Below the pieces are notes generated by a model, which had not been told where the DNA came from, did no database searches, and saw nothing but the letters and a program-made list of their open reading frames with translations. A stretch of 64,000 nt of DNA from Haliotis rufescens. Taxonomy: Eukaryota. Numbering within the stretch: the first letter of the stretch is position 1; each line of letters begins with the position of its first letter. Made by a program: the position numbers and the translations under genes. Where the stretch lies: positions 10,602,001-10,666,000 of the forward strand of contig NW_025963868.1 of the NCBI RefSeq assembly GCF_023055435.1, written 5' to 3'. Positions 1-13,500 of the stretch are shown here, in pieces.

Positions 1-89
1 AACAATTATAGACTAGCTAACACGCAGAAGAACATAAAATTACCTCAATAAAATACCTTATAATGGCAACATAAAATGTCCTGATGAAG

Positions 90-330
90 GAGTGAGTGAG
101 TTTGGTTTCAACGTCGGTTTTAACAGTATTCCAGTTATAGCACGGCGTGTCAGCTTAATGTGGGAGGAAAGCCCGACGTGTTGCAGATCTCAGACGTTTA
201 CCTCTTCGGTGAAACCCACGAGCACGAGCGAACCGGGATTCGAACCCACAATCATGTTTCTGGCGTGCCCAAGGGACGCAACTCTGCCCAGCGAATCGCG
301 GCGCCTTAGACCACAAGGCCACTTGTGCCC
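90..330 (-). mobile_element. SINE family A (tRNA-derived)
   Basis: Matches the family A consensus: B-box GGTTCGAATCC and (CACT)n tail on the minus strand. Confidence 0.85.
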
Positions 331-878
331 AGTCCCCCACCCTCCTTATATGTATCTTTCTAAATATATTTCGGACAACATAATACAAGTCGAAATTTCC
401 TAAATACCCCATAATGGCTATATTAAAGGTCAGGACATCAGTGATGACGTATTACGAGTCTTTTATTATATCTTATAACGGCAAATTTCAGATTAAATAT
501 AAAAACATCTATAATATGTTATAATGGCCAATTTTAGATTAAATAGAAAGATCAACCAAACAACTCGGGTAATATGAATACACAGTCTGCAACCAGACAC
601 GAACAAACATTTTACAGAAGATGGCGGATTCCACGATTATGCCTGGTAAATAAACAGATTACCCTGACCAAATAAACTCTGGCTTATCCAATATGCGTTG
701 ATCAAGGGACAGATATTCGGAGATGGGCGATCAGAACTGCAGGGCCAGCTGTGGTCTTGATATAGATGAAACAGAAGCGATCGTAAAAGCTAATTTTACG
801 AAAGAGAAAACCTCTCTCAGTTCAAAGCCTGAATCATTGTATAACATTGCGAAACATCTTGAATGTGTCCAGATATTG

Positions 879-1105
879 GTGAGTGAGTTGGGTTTAACGC
901 CGCTTTTAACAGTATTCCAGTCATATGACGGCGTGGCAGCATAATGTGGGAGGAAAGCCCCAAGTGATGCAGCCCCACGAACCTAGAAACATAATCGGGG
1001 CGAACCGAGATTCGAACCCACAATCTTAGGTTTCTGGCATGCCCATGGGACGCAACTGTGCACAGCGAATTGCGGCGCCTTAGATGACTGGGCCACCCGT
1101 GCCCC
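879..1105 (-). mobile_element. SINE family A (internally deleted)
   Basis: Family A head and tail; imperfect TSD ccagatatt/ccaaatatt. Confidence 0.85.
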
Positions 1106-1639
1106 CTCCAAATATTAACTTCGCTAAAGTCGCTCGTTAATTAAACAGTAGACAAAACGCATGTAATAAAGACGTTACGTTGAATATGTTCATCAATCAA
1201 AAATAAAATACCCATTTTGGAAGCCATTGCCTGAAGCATAGGAACATAGGCTTGCTTGTTTTATGCAGTACTCAGAGGCATTCCAGCCTGTAAATAATTG
1301 AATCTGGACCAGTCAATCCTGTGATCAATATTGTGAGCTTCGATTCACGCCGTCGAGATATGCGGACACGTTATCAACCAGATCACCGAGTCTGACCTCC
1401 AGATCCATTTGGTCACCCCCTACGACTAGCAGCGGGATGTTGCATATGGAATAAAATATATACAAGACAGCAACAGTGAGTTTCATTCAACATTTCCATA
1501 CAGGACGTCTCTTGAAGAAATTAGTCTTTTGAACAGCAGGTATTATGAATAGACAACCAGTTTCAAAGAGGCAAAGCGACTCTCCATTCTACTGGTGTAC
1601 GGGTCTTGATCTTTAGTTCAGAAAAAAAGGAATATTGAT

Positions 1640-1935
1640 GCGGGAAAGATCCCGTAATTGGTTGATTCGTGTTGCCAGGGAAAAATCCTGTGATTGGTTG
1701 AAACATGTTGCCTGCGAAAGACCCCGATATTTTGTCAGGGACGTATCACGTGTTTGAAACATGTTGCCAGGGAAAGATCCCGTAATATGATGAGTGATTT
1801 TTCCAGGGACGTATCACGTTATTGGTTGAATCATTCTGCCAGGGAAGGGTCACGTTATTGGTTGAATCATATCAGGAAAAGATCCCGTCAGCGATTGAAT
1901 CCGGTCGCCAGAGACAAATCTCGTGATTGGTTGAT
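1640..1935. repeat. ~37-bp degenerate minisatellite, ~8 copies
   Basis: Recurring gttgccagggaaagatcccgtaattggttgaa.cat units. Confidence 0.8.
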
Positions 1936-4327
1936 GGGCTAATGTTGAAATCTTGTCAGTCATTTCATTGGTCGGTCAAAGTTTGCGAAATGTCGTTCTG
2001 ACGTGACCTGTAATATGATTTCCTCAGATCTTTGTTTAGCGGTAGCGGAGATTGTGTGGAGACAAGATGTTTGTTTGTTTGTTTGTTCTTTAACGCGGTG
2101 ATCAGAAATATTCTAGCTATATTTTAAAAAATAATAACTTACGATATTGTGAGTAAACGATCCAAGCCATCAGTGTATAATGACACACGATGACAAATCA
2201 GCGATCATTTGGACGCCTCATACGACCCGGATAAGTGTATCCGGGAGTGTTGTCTCGAAGGACATTTCAACTAAGAGATGCAGGAGTGTAGTGTCCCAAT
2301 ACGATGCTTACTTCAGAGACGTTCTCTGCAACCACCTAATAAAAGGATATTGTGAATTATTACATACCAATACGTTCAAGGCTTGGGGACAGGGCTTCTC
2401 AACATAACTCAATGGATGGTTGCTTGTGACATCATATCAGTGACTAACTCGGTCACAGACGCGATAATTTACAGACCGCCGTCATGAAATTGGAATATTG
2501 CGGGGTTAAACAACAAAAACAGAACGACAGACTGTACAGAACTTTCAGTTTCGTCTAAAGTCTCTTGTACCTTTGAGCACCTCTCCATTGGCTTTATGTA
2601 TTATTGGTTCTCCAGAACAACACGAGGAGATAAAACGTCAGTGCTATCTTAGACAAAACAAGATACATTTTGACCTTCCTCAATCGTTGGACTATATCGC
2701 CTGAATGGGTCAAGACGAACATTGTAGTTGGATTTTGTGCCTGACTGTGGAAATCCAGTGTTGTACAATTTATTTAAAATGGTTTCAATACTTGTTATGA
2801 GCGTTATCTTCTCTCTCATGGGTGGATATTCAAACCTCAGGCAGGTCTTCCTTTACAGGCGGGTGTATTAACTCTGTAGGTGCTAATCACTGGACAAAAT
2901 ATCATCCATTCCAAAAAATCCAAAACTTGGAAATACCACCATTCCAATTGGAAATATGACCATTCCAAAATTTGGCAAGGTCATATTTACAAGCTTGGAA
3001 ATGTTTGGAAATGTTTGGATTTGTTTGGATTTGTTTGGATATGTTTGGATACATAGGTGATTTTATGTCTGCTTCTTACTTTTGTTCACCGATGTGGTTA
3101 AGCTGTTCAGATCGTTTCCAAAGTGGATTTGCTCTTATTTCACCTGCAATATTTTATCCTAATGCTTTAGTTAAATACATACTACTGTTGATAAATGTAT
3201 TTGACGTTGCAACACATCAAGGTTTTACTGCCGCTTCTTCAACTTGAGTGCACTTGAGATTATTATTTACATCGGTAATGCATTCTTGCAAGTGTATCTT
3301 TGGCTTAATGCTTCAAACTAATGCTTTCATAAAATACCCCATTAGATACTTTTCAAATGTTAGGATGTGTTGGATAGGGCAACACATCATGGTTTTACTG
3401 CCGCTTCTTTCAGTTCGTAGGCTTGTATAACGGAACATGGTGGACCTATATGTCTACATATTTGATTTTATGTCACCAAGCTCATTTGTCGACGAAAACA
3501 TTTCATCTGTAATACGTTGCATAAGTGTATCATACTTATGGCCATCATATATTTTGGAAATATTTAGATATCGCAACACATCATGATTTTATTTCAAAGA
3601 TGAAAGATAAAGGTCACTGACGGTAGATTTTTTTATAAAGCATAAATCTATAAAGCTCATGTATTTAATATATATGATTTAATTTGTATATAGCGTAGTA
3701 TAGTGAATTTCTCTTGGTTGTTTAACAAGCTCACATAAAAGATGTAAGCCTCAATAAATTAAGAATTATGTTTCTACTGGTGCTTCTTCTGGTTCTCGGT
3801 TTGTTGTTGCGCTTTGTTCAAATATTTTGTGATATGAACTTAAATGATTTGAATTTTATCACAGCATGTACACCACCAGGAGAGAGGCATCGTGGTTTTA
3901 CTAGTGCTATTTTACAAATCGAATATACCTTTACCAGACATGGCGATGCGATTGAACATCCATATGTAATGGTACCCTGTTATATATGGCTGTTTCTCTC
4001 TCTGTTTCTCAGAAGTAATCCATAAATTGATAGCATTATAACTAAACTGCTGTCGAGATGTTCATTCCAAATCTTACATTTCACCAAGCCATGCAGAAAT
4101 AACAAAAATACAAAACACAGGATGAACGTGAATTTATATACAGGATATCATGTCATAGTTCAAGATATATTTACAATAAATAACACTTGGGCACATCAGT
4201 GGGTAATGATCATACATATATACAATTATATCTACAATAATACACAAATATAGAATGTACAATTAAAATTTCTTTTTAAAGCAAAACTATACAACAACAA
4301 TATAAAAAGAAACAATAAACCAATAAA

Positions 4328-7008
4328 TTACACACACACAAATCTGTCCCTTGGTGACACAAATTTTACAGTCCTGGTACCTATTTGTCCCTCAATCTTG
4401 ACGAATTTGCCCTTAATTCGTTGAATCGGCATAAACGAAGATGGACCAGAGTCAACATACATCGAAGAGTGCCAGGCTTCCACTGGTCGACCACAATGGT
4501 TTTTTAGTTTTTCTTCAAGTTCCCGATACCATTGAACTTCTGCAAGGATGTGTCTCTTCTCCATGCCGTCAACCGTATCTCAATACCTTTCCAGGTCTCG
4601 GAGAAACCCCCCAACCAATTTTCCCGTCCCCGTCTGTCCAGTAGGCAGTGATGTAAGAAGATCTCACACTTTGAGACTTGGCAGATCCAAAGACTTCTGA
4701 TCCAAGATACAGAGTTTTTATTTCCCTAACGGCCGGCAAAGTCTCGACTGTTTCGCCATAGAGGGGTCTGTACATTTCTTGAAGGCAGTGTTCATCATTT
4801 TCAGTGAGGCCACGGACTTTGTATTTTGAATAAATGAACCTGTCAGTGTCAGTCCACTGAAGGTTTTCAATGTGATGAAGTCGGGATGACATCTGTCGGA
4901 GCTGCAAGCATTCACTTGAATTAATCTTGCCAAGAGTACCCACTTTAATGTTAGCTGTAACAGTGGCGATGATCGGCTCAAGGGTGTCTCCAAAGTGAAA
5001 CTCGTCATCTAAGACCAATCCAAGGAGATGTGAATGGCTTACGAAACGTCTCATCAGCTGCAGTTCTACGCTTTTCTTGTTAGTTGTATAGTCGCCCAGC
5101 ATACCATTAAACCGTTCAAAACTGAACAGCCAAAACGAGTAAATGGGTCCAAAGTCCTGAACACACTCAATGAGATGACCATGCAAGTGCATGTTAGGGG
5201 TAACTCTGTCACGGCCATATAATCGCTCAAAATTCTCACAGAAGCGCATCAGTAATAAATCTGCCATTTTTATGTCATTTTCAGTTAATACTCGGCAACA
5301 CAAATATCTACAGGCCAATACAAAATTTCGCCAACATTCTAAATGATCATCAGAAATAACATCCTTCAGTGCATACACAGAAAACAGTAACGTCCAGTTT
5401 TTAAACTGGTCTGCACTAAACCCTGCAAAACCGGAGGAAATCTTAAGTGGGATGCGACCAATGTCACTTGGACAGTTAACTGCATCCACCTTTGCTTGGA
5501 TAGCGTCTAAGTCCTTGTCAGTTAGTACACCAGTGTCTCTCCATACATGCAACATATGTTTTGATGTCCCCAATAACAAATTGTGCATAGGGTCCACAAC
5601 AGACATTTTGATCAGATCAAGGTACGGCAGCTCAGACAAGACGGAGTATCTTGTTCCATACGAACTCGCAAGTGCTTCTCTATCTGTCTTGGTTCTGGCA
5701 CTTGTGATGTGTCTGATTTCTCGTATATGCTGTTCATGGGTGCGGGGTATCCACTGAGTTCTGTCAAAACCGCTGTAGTCTCTTTTGCCGAGCTCACCAG
5801 GAAAAGACTTCTTGCACCGAGAACACCCTTTGACGGCTGCATGTCCAAGAAAGCCACATAACTTTCGGCAAGCAGGGATATCACATCCAATGCACATTAA
5901 GGCCAAGCGAAATATCTTAGAGTTGAATGAAAAACCTACTGTCCATGCTTCAAGAAGCTCATCAACTAAAGGTTTTACAAAACTGTTTGTAGGGGGTTCT
6001 TTCTTCATGTGCGGTATAGTACCAACAATGATGACAGTCTCACGTTTGTAACGTTCTTCTCGAGGTAGATTGAGGATGACTTAATACATTACACCTACAG
6101 AGTATTTGACGTGTTTGAATGGCTGAAACCAGTCTAAATTAAGCATAAGGCCATAGTTTCTCTTCTCCTTCAAATATGTCTCACTGAAGCTCTTCCAGAT
6201 ACGACCATCATACACGTCATGCAAAGTACCATCACTAACGACCCTGACACGCCATTGTTCACATTTCTCCTCAAAACCGGGTCTTTCGTAAAAAGTTAAA
6301 AAGTGAATTTTTCAGAGATTTAAAATAATAGTACTTATGTGGTACAAGCTTCTTCTTGCCAGAGGAAAGGGTCATACTTTGTAACAGTTGTGCACCACAA
6401 GGCTGGCGATAATGTCTCATTGTGTGATTAGGATGTGAGACGTTAGGACAAGTCATACTGACTTCTTCTCCTTCGAAAACAGAAACACAGTCAGAATATC
6501 TATATATGCTATAGCATGCTGGGCATACAACATAGTGGGAAAAGTTATTGTCGTCAATTCTGAGTAATTTCTTGAGCAGGAAAATAGTACTTGGGAACAT
6601 CGGTACTACAACAGCAAGGAACTTGTAATGCTGAGCGGCAACGGCGAGAAGGGCATGAAGGTATTGCAGAAGGACTGCGATGGCATTTGAGGAAATATAA
6701 GATACAGACTGCCAAATGCAGAGGAAGAAACATGTCCATAAGATGAGTGCCTTAAAAAATGGTTTCACTTCCGGTGAGGCAGGTTGAGAGGATTCAGCTT
6801 GCTGAGGTTTTCTCGGTTGAAAACTCTGAAGCAGATCGTCGATCTCATCTTCATCAAAGTATACCTCTTCATCATCGTCAGAGCTGTCTTGAGATGGAGG
6901 TTCAGGTTCTGTACTCGGACAAGTGCCTTTGTGTCGCTTGTAATTCGAAGAAGAGTAAAAAGAGTTTCCACAGTCTTCACAGCGTTTTCTCTTCATAAAG
7001 GAGGCCAT
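4328..7008 (-). pseudogene. EnSpm/CACTA (Tnp2-type) transposase with 3 lesions
   Basis: N-terminal zinc-finger-like CEDC...H...C, then VVCPACYSIY, DVYDGRIW, LMLNLDWFQPF, CIGCDIPACRKLCGFLGH, VVDPMHNLLLG, TPNMHLHGHL, GPIYSFWLFSFERFNG. Frameshift ~6280, in-frame TAA at 6081-6083, frameshift ~4570. Confidence 0.9.
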
Positions 7009-7194
7009 TATTCAAAGAAAAGATAGTTCCAAATTAGTAGTTTGTACATAAGATAGGCAATACATCTAAACCTGTTACATTAATAAACATACACATTATC
7101 CGTCGTGTGAAGTACCTATAAGCCTACAGCATAAAGAGGTCAATGAACAGATAAATGTTTATTGATAACTATTTCTAAAGTGACAGAATATCCG

Positions 7195-7655
7195 TTTTGT
7201 TAAATATACTGGTAGGCTGGCTCTGTCTTAAATATACAGGTTAAAATTTAGTAAGCGCTATTTCTATAGCGGAAGGCTGTCTCTGTCTTAAATATACAGG
7301 TTAAAATTTAGTAAGCGCTATTTCTATAGCGGAAGGCTGGCTCTGTCTTAAATATACAGGTTAACATTCAGTAAGCGCTATTTCTATAGCGGTAGGCTGT
7401 CGCTGTCTTAAATATACAGGTTAAAAATTAGTAAGCACTATTTCTATAGCGGAAGGCTGCCGCTGTCTTAAATATAAAGGTTAAACATTAGTAAGCGCTT
7501 TTTCTAAAGCGGAAGGCTGCCGCTGTCTTAAATATACAGGTTAAAAATTAGTAAGCGCTATTTCTATAGCTGAAGGATGCCGCTGACTTAAATATACAGG
7601 TTAAACATTAGTAAGCGCTATTTCTATAGCGGAAGGCTGCCGCTGACTTAAATAT
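7195..7655. repeat. 60-bp tandem repeat, ~7.5 copies, each with hairpin CGCTAT-TTCT-ATAGCG
   Basis: Successive 60-nt lines are nearly identical (tttctatagcggaaggctg.c.ctgtcttaaatatacaggttaaaa.ttagtaagcgcta). Confidence 0.95.
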
Positions 7656-7668
7656 GGTTGTGCTGATG

Positions 7669-8145
7669 TTTAGCTCAACTGACTGAAAGTCAAGTGAGGT
7701 TATGTTGTGCCCAGGCTGTCCGTCGTCCGTCGTAAACATCTCCACAGATAAATTTCACGATATCTTATATTTTGATATAGATTTGACCATTATACTTAAA
7801 CAATGCTCCTCAGTTCCCTGAAAATGTACTTCCTTGCTCTATAAAGCACTGGATCATTGAAGCTGAAACTTAATATATTTAATTCTTTCAAATGCATATT
7901 TGCTCGATAAACTTTTCGTCTGAAACTGACAGACTAAGGAAGTTGAACTGTGGCATGGTTCTTGCTCATGATGACATCATATTCTGTTCAAAATCATTAG
8001 ATTTTAGGGTCAGATTTTTGTCCTGAGAAATTATACTAAAATATTTGAATATCAATGTTGACAGCAATGTATGATAAGTGTCGTCTTTGTTGACATTTCA
8101 CACTACCTATTTCAGGTGAGCTACAGTGCCCGTGACACTTCTTTT
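7669..8145 (+). mobile_element. HINE/pearl-like non-autonomous element (Helentron-associated type)
   Basis: 5' TTTAGCTCAACTGA...AGTGAGGTT, then (GTCCGTC)n, and a 3' inverted TCAGGTGAGCT followed by a short palindrome and a T-run. Confidence 0.6.
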
Positions 8146-8654
8146 TCATTGTTAACTCACCTGACTGAAAGCTAAAGATGCACTGATGACGATGGGACCT
8201 GGCATGCACGTTTCAATCAGTGATGACAGTGATACGACTTTCAGCCCTATCGAAACCTCATGAATAAGTTGGCATTGTTTTTTTAAGTTTAATGCAACTA
8301 TATATATTTCGTTTTAGGGCACAGCATGCATATTCCGTCTGGAATATTTTGTCCTTGATTTTTACCTTTGAACTCCGACTGGTAAATTCTCTCATGATGT
8401 GTTCTAGGATCACACCAAACACCGCACCGGACATCATGGGACCAATGAAGTCGAAACTTCGCATGAGTGTGTCCTACAAGATGGGACTTATATGTGTTCA
8501 TGAGGTCCTATATAGCCGAAACAGCAATACTCAAAACAACTATTGATGGCCGTAACGTGTTGCAATTTCCAGCTCACGTCTGATCTGATTCATTATTATC
8601 ATGGTTTGTGATAATACCAAAATCGTATACGTTTCAATATAGATTTTAGTGTTG

Positions 8655-8819
8655 GAGTGAGTGAGTGAGTTTGGTTTTACGCCGCTTTCAGCTATATTCC
8701 GGGAATATCGCGGCGGATGACACCAGAAATGGGCGTCACATGGTACCCATGTGGGGAATCGAACCCGGGTCTTCGGCGTGACGAGCGAACGATTTAACCA
8801 CCAGGTTTCGCCACCGCCC
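8655..8819 (-). mobile_element. SINE family D (short, tRNA-derived)
   Basis: A/B boxes (TGGTGGTTAA; GGTTCGATTCCC) and the shared 3' tail. Partial copies at 19446-19558(+), 30432-30541(+, TSD TCATAGTAA) and ~44310-44392(-). Confidence 0.8.
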
Positions 8820-9050
8820 TATTAGGGTTGGAACAGTTTGGTTCCTCGTCAACAAAACAATACGAAAATGTCTAGTCGTTATCAACAGCCAATTCCCACC
8901 ATGTGAGCAGAGTGCAAATGGATTAATTCGAAGCATGACCGAGTTAAGCTTTTTTTCTATATGCGTGCGTGTTCACTGTCGTCTTTTGACGTCATAGAGG
9001 AAAATCGATTTTTTTTTCATTTGTTCAAGCTTTTGATCGTATCGAATGTA

Positions 9051-9786
9051 TATACTACCGACACAAAATATGTGAACTAATGACTTAAGCTATCGTTTAG
9101 GTGTATATTTACAATCACGTGGCGTTGCATCTGAACGTAACATCTTATCACAATGAAATTGCACCTAATGCATGAACAGCACTTGATGATGCTCGTGCAC
9201 ACAGGAGACAACGTGCGTGCGCAAAAGAAGAACTCGCAATCATTAATGCACTGAAGCAAATCGCACGCCCTTTTAAATGCCTCCGAGACAGTATCTCAAG
9301 GAAAACACAAAATGGCAAATTGTGGCTACGACAAGGATGGGGCGTCAATATCCTAAGTTGCCCGATTGTTTGACACCAACACAAGACCATCTCATTACAT
9401 TCATTACGTACGCAATAGATACACTTCTGCAGCTGCTATCAATAGAGAATCCATACAATGACAGGAAGGCGAATGTCACCATCTTCCGTTGCGAATTGCC
9501 TCTCTGCAGCCCGCTTGAAACCAAGGCGTCCTGTGGAGGGTGTGTTCTTATGCTGAGGGCAAACGCTACAGACTCAGCTCTTCGGGCGGAATGGCGGACC
9601 AGCCCAAGCGCAACCATGCACAACGTAATCAACAGTATGCGGTCAAGGTGTCGTGCATGTATCGCCCAACATGGTGCACACATCAGATATTCATCTTCAC
9701 GCCTGAAATTAATTTTATAGACATTAACCGTCATTACACCTTCACGATCATTTCATCAGTTCCCTATTTTTTTGTGGGTAGTATAT
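9051..9786 (+). mobile_element. Internally deleted Tc1-like element
   Basis: TA-flanked TIRs (tatactaccgacacaaaatatgtgaactaatga / tcatcagttccctattttttttgtgggtagtata); transposase C-terminus NVINSMRSRCRACIAQHGAHIRY. Confidence 0.8.
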
Positions 9787-10248
9787 ACATGTATAGCGTT
9801 TAAACATATGCATACCTATATCCTTAACTTAGCTTTACCAACTATATTGCGACGCCTTTTGTTCACCTGACATGTTTTGCACAGCTCACAATTGTTCCTT
9901 TCAAATCCTATAATATTGGCTTCCTGTCTGACAATGATGAGCCAAGAGTTACAGAGATGTTTGTGTTTATTGATCTACTAGTTTGTGACGTACTTGGTCT
10001 GCATTACAGAACAAAATATCTATACCTAGCAATGAGGCGTGGGCAGGCAAGTGAAAGACAACAGGGTGCATATTAGATATTATCATATTACAGCCGGACC
10101 TATCAATCTCGACATGCACTCGAGCTAACAGAACTATTGAAACAAACACGTCAACGCCAGAGAATAACCACTCTCGATTGTCCGACGAGACAGATTCTAT
10201 TTGGCGTAAAAGGCAAAAATAGTGAAATTTATATGAATGGATCACTAC

Positions 10249-10594
10249 AAATAAGTGATGACACCAGGTGTTCGCGAAAAGGGAAATCTGATCCCAACTT
10301 GATTACTCAGAGGCCACTTGAATACAGTTGCAATATTGCTGGCAGCGGCGTTAAACAGTACACAAAAGTGCTATAAGACCTCAAGTGCTGATTTTATAGA
10401 CGGAGATCTCCCAGTCCCCACCGAAATAAGTGATGACACCAGGTGTTCGCGAAAAGGGAAACCTGATCCCAACTTGATTACTTAGAGGCCGCTTGAATAC
10501 AGTTGCAATATTGCTGGCAGCGACGTTAAACAGTACACAAAAGTGCTATAAGACCTCAAGTGCTGATTTTATAGACGGAGATCTCCCAGTCCCC
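10249..10594. repeat. Tandem duplication, period 175 bp
   Basis: 10249-10419 is nearly identical to 10424-10594. Confidence 0.92.
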
Positions 10595-13500
10595 GCCACA
10601 CAGGGTGTCACGGTCACCACAACATTGCATATCACAACGACAGTTCCACACTTGTTTCTTGTGCCAATTCTTGATTTCATCTCCACAGTAGCAGGATTTT
10701 CCAGACTGCAAATTAAAGAAGACGCTTTAAATAGATATTGTCTCCTTGTGCAACATTGGATATACAGTACTCTGAATCTAAATCCTAACGATCGTTTTGT
10801 GACACTGAACAATCGTTTATGTGAATTCAATCAAAATCATACTCTTTTAAAATTTGAGGAAAAATGGCTTATGCAAATACTGAATACTGCCAGTTAACGT
10901 GTGCTCTGGCTAATATAATACCTTGTCCATATGTCAAGAAACATGACTATTGTGCTGTACAATATATCACATGCATTCTGTCAGACTGCATCTCATACCT
11001 AGTACTCATCTTGAAGATGAACGTGAAAACAATTATGCTTGAACAAGTGGAAATGTAACATCCTGGAAATGTTTTGTGCTTGCACTACCAAATTGGGATC
11101 AAACTATTACCAGTCCATAACTAATGTGTACAATGTGAATGGACCCGTGAAGATCCGGGGTAGAATAGGTCTCCAGCCAACCATACTTGCCGTAAAAGTC
11201 GACTATGCTTGTCGTAACAGGCAACTAACGGGATCGGGTGGTCAGGCTCGCTGACTTGGTTGATGCATGTCATCGATCTCAATTGCTTGGATCGATGCTC
11301 ATGATATCAATCATTGGATTGTCTGGTCCGGACTCGATTATTTACAGACCGCCTTCATATAGCTGGAATATTGCTGAGTGCGGCGTTAAACAACAAACCA
11401 ACAAACAATCTGATTCATTACCTCTGTCCCAAAATACAAACACGGAAGTCTATGGCAGCCAAGCATGCACTTCACATTTGTCATTCGTGGACGTTTGTAA
11501 ATATGTGGAAGAACTCTGTCAAAGGTTGAATCATTATAACAGCCAATGAATGTGCCACGTACTGCAAGACAAAATACAATATCACATGAAGAGGGTTAAT
11601 GACTGTAGTCCCTGTGTGATACCATTTACATTATACGGTAATTATTATTCCAGTCTTGAGTATTTCCACAGCAACCTGTAAGTGAGTGAGTTGGGCTCAA
11701 CGCCGTTTTTAACAGTATTCCAGTTATATCGCGGCGTGTCAGCTTCATGAAGGAAGAAAGCCCGAAGTGATGCAGGTCTCAGGCGTTTACCACTTCGGTG
11801 AAACCCACGAGCACGGGTATGGTGCTGAGAAACCTAGAAACATAATCGGGGCGAACCCCCAATCATAGGTTTCTGGCGCACCCAAGGGACGCAACTCGAA
11901 TCGCGACGATATAGACGACTGGGCCACCCGTGTCCCCCGCTTGTTATGAAAAGCGACGGTGTGGATTGGGTGGACAAGCCTGGTTAGTTGGTGTCATCGT
12001 AACCTATCGAATTTGCTCATTGCATCGACCGAGATGGAGATTCATGTATGAATTCTTGTGTGATACCATGTAGTTTCCACTCAGTACCACTATGGGAGCT
12101 CCAGAATACGTACCCAATCAACTACAATTATACACCTCTGGTAAGAGTCGACGAAATGAGCAGACTTGGTGACTCGGTTGATTGGGTAATTTCTTTCGGT
12201 TTGTACTGCCCAGACTGCCAAGAAATTATAGGCCGCCGTCCAACAACTTGGATATTAAGACGGAATTGAGCGTATCTAACCAGGATTTCGGGGACTCATT
12301 ATTCCCTTGAATTATCATGGGTTAATATAAAGCACATGAATATAAAAGTAACAAGTAAACAGCGTTATCACTATCCCCGCCATTAGGTACATTAGAATTT
12401 TATTTGTTCACATAGTAGTGAATAAAAACTCTAAAAATAGTTCTATTAAGTCTTAAGAAGAGATAGGCACTTGGGCCGCGGTATGTTATGAGAAAAATGA
12501 ATAAGAGTGAAATTAATACACACAAAAAGCCCCTTCCCTGAAAAAGATAACTCAGTCTTGATAAGTTTCTCTCAGATAAACTAACTTCAGTAGTTTCTGA
12601 GGAAACCTGTCCCCAATGCAGACACCAGCTATGCATCAAGTAAAAAACATGGATCAAGGGCCGTAACTCTGTAAACAAATAAATGACAGGACAAATTTTC
12701 GAACTAAGTCATGACAAGTATCTCTAAGATAAGCATGCAAACTGTCGTGCATGGAACTTCAGTAGTTTCTGAAACAACGTGTCCCACTGCAGGCACTATG
12801 CATGGTAAGTAAAATACCATGGATCGAGGGCCGTAAATAGTTACGGTACCAATTTTCGAACTCAGTCTTTACACGTATCTCTTAGGTAAGCATGCACATT
12901 TTCATTCATTAAACAGAAGTAGTTTCTGAGGAAACCTGTCCCCATTGCACACACATTTCATTTCTCAGACTTGCATAGTTTTTTAGAAAAATTGTCTACA
13001 TTGAGAAGCGTGGAGGAGATATTTATAACCGGTGACTCATAGCTGAAATTGTCAGGCTTGCCTGATAGCGGCTTACATCGATGGCGTGACACTGCAAACA
13101 CGTAAACGTCGTTTTTTCCGTATATGGGCATTGGACGGAAAAACGACGTTTTTTGGACGCTTTCTAGCTATCGTTTTTCTGTCGAGAATCTGTCGTTATT
13201 TGACATCGAGAATTTGCTGGTGTCAATATCTGGATTATTTGGTCTATACCCGCTTATTTAGAGGTTGTCGCTATATAGCTGAAATATTGCAGAGTGCAGC
13301 CTTAAACAACGTGAAAAACAACTTTCTGACTGTATATTTGAATAAAAAATACTTAAAGTTCACACTTGAAACATTGCGTCCCTCCACGTCACACAGTTCA
13401 GATAAACCATGGAATTAAAATTCGCGAAACATGACTATGAAAGCAAACTAGCATGTTGCAAATACCGCCGCGAGCCACAAATGAAGGACGAGCTCCACAT

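Larger units (their letters stand above)
2888..7655 (-). mobile_element. EnSpm/CACTA-superfamily DNA transposon; one terminus visible
   Basis: CACTG terminus at 2888 followed by dense TTCCAA/TTTGGA subterminal repeats (2908-3050), an internal transposase, and a 60-bp tandem array at the other side. The second TIR was not found. Confidence 0.75.

Noticed and set aside
11141-11245. Canonical HDV-like ribozyme
   Set aside because: Only ~12 nt separate the candidate P1 strands, too few for P2/P3/L3. Kept only as a non-canonical structured-RNA candidate.
11238-11549. Recurring small ORF family MVRLADLVDACHRSQL... (also 44393-44683, 49138-49335)
   Set aside because: Translations of SINE-like family B, not a gene family.
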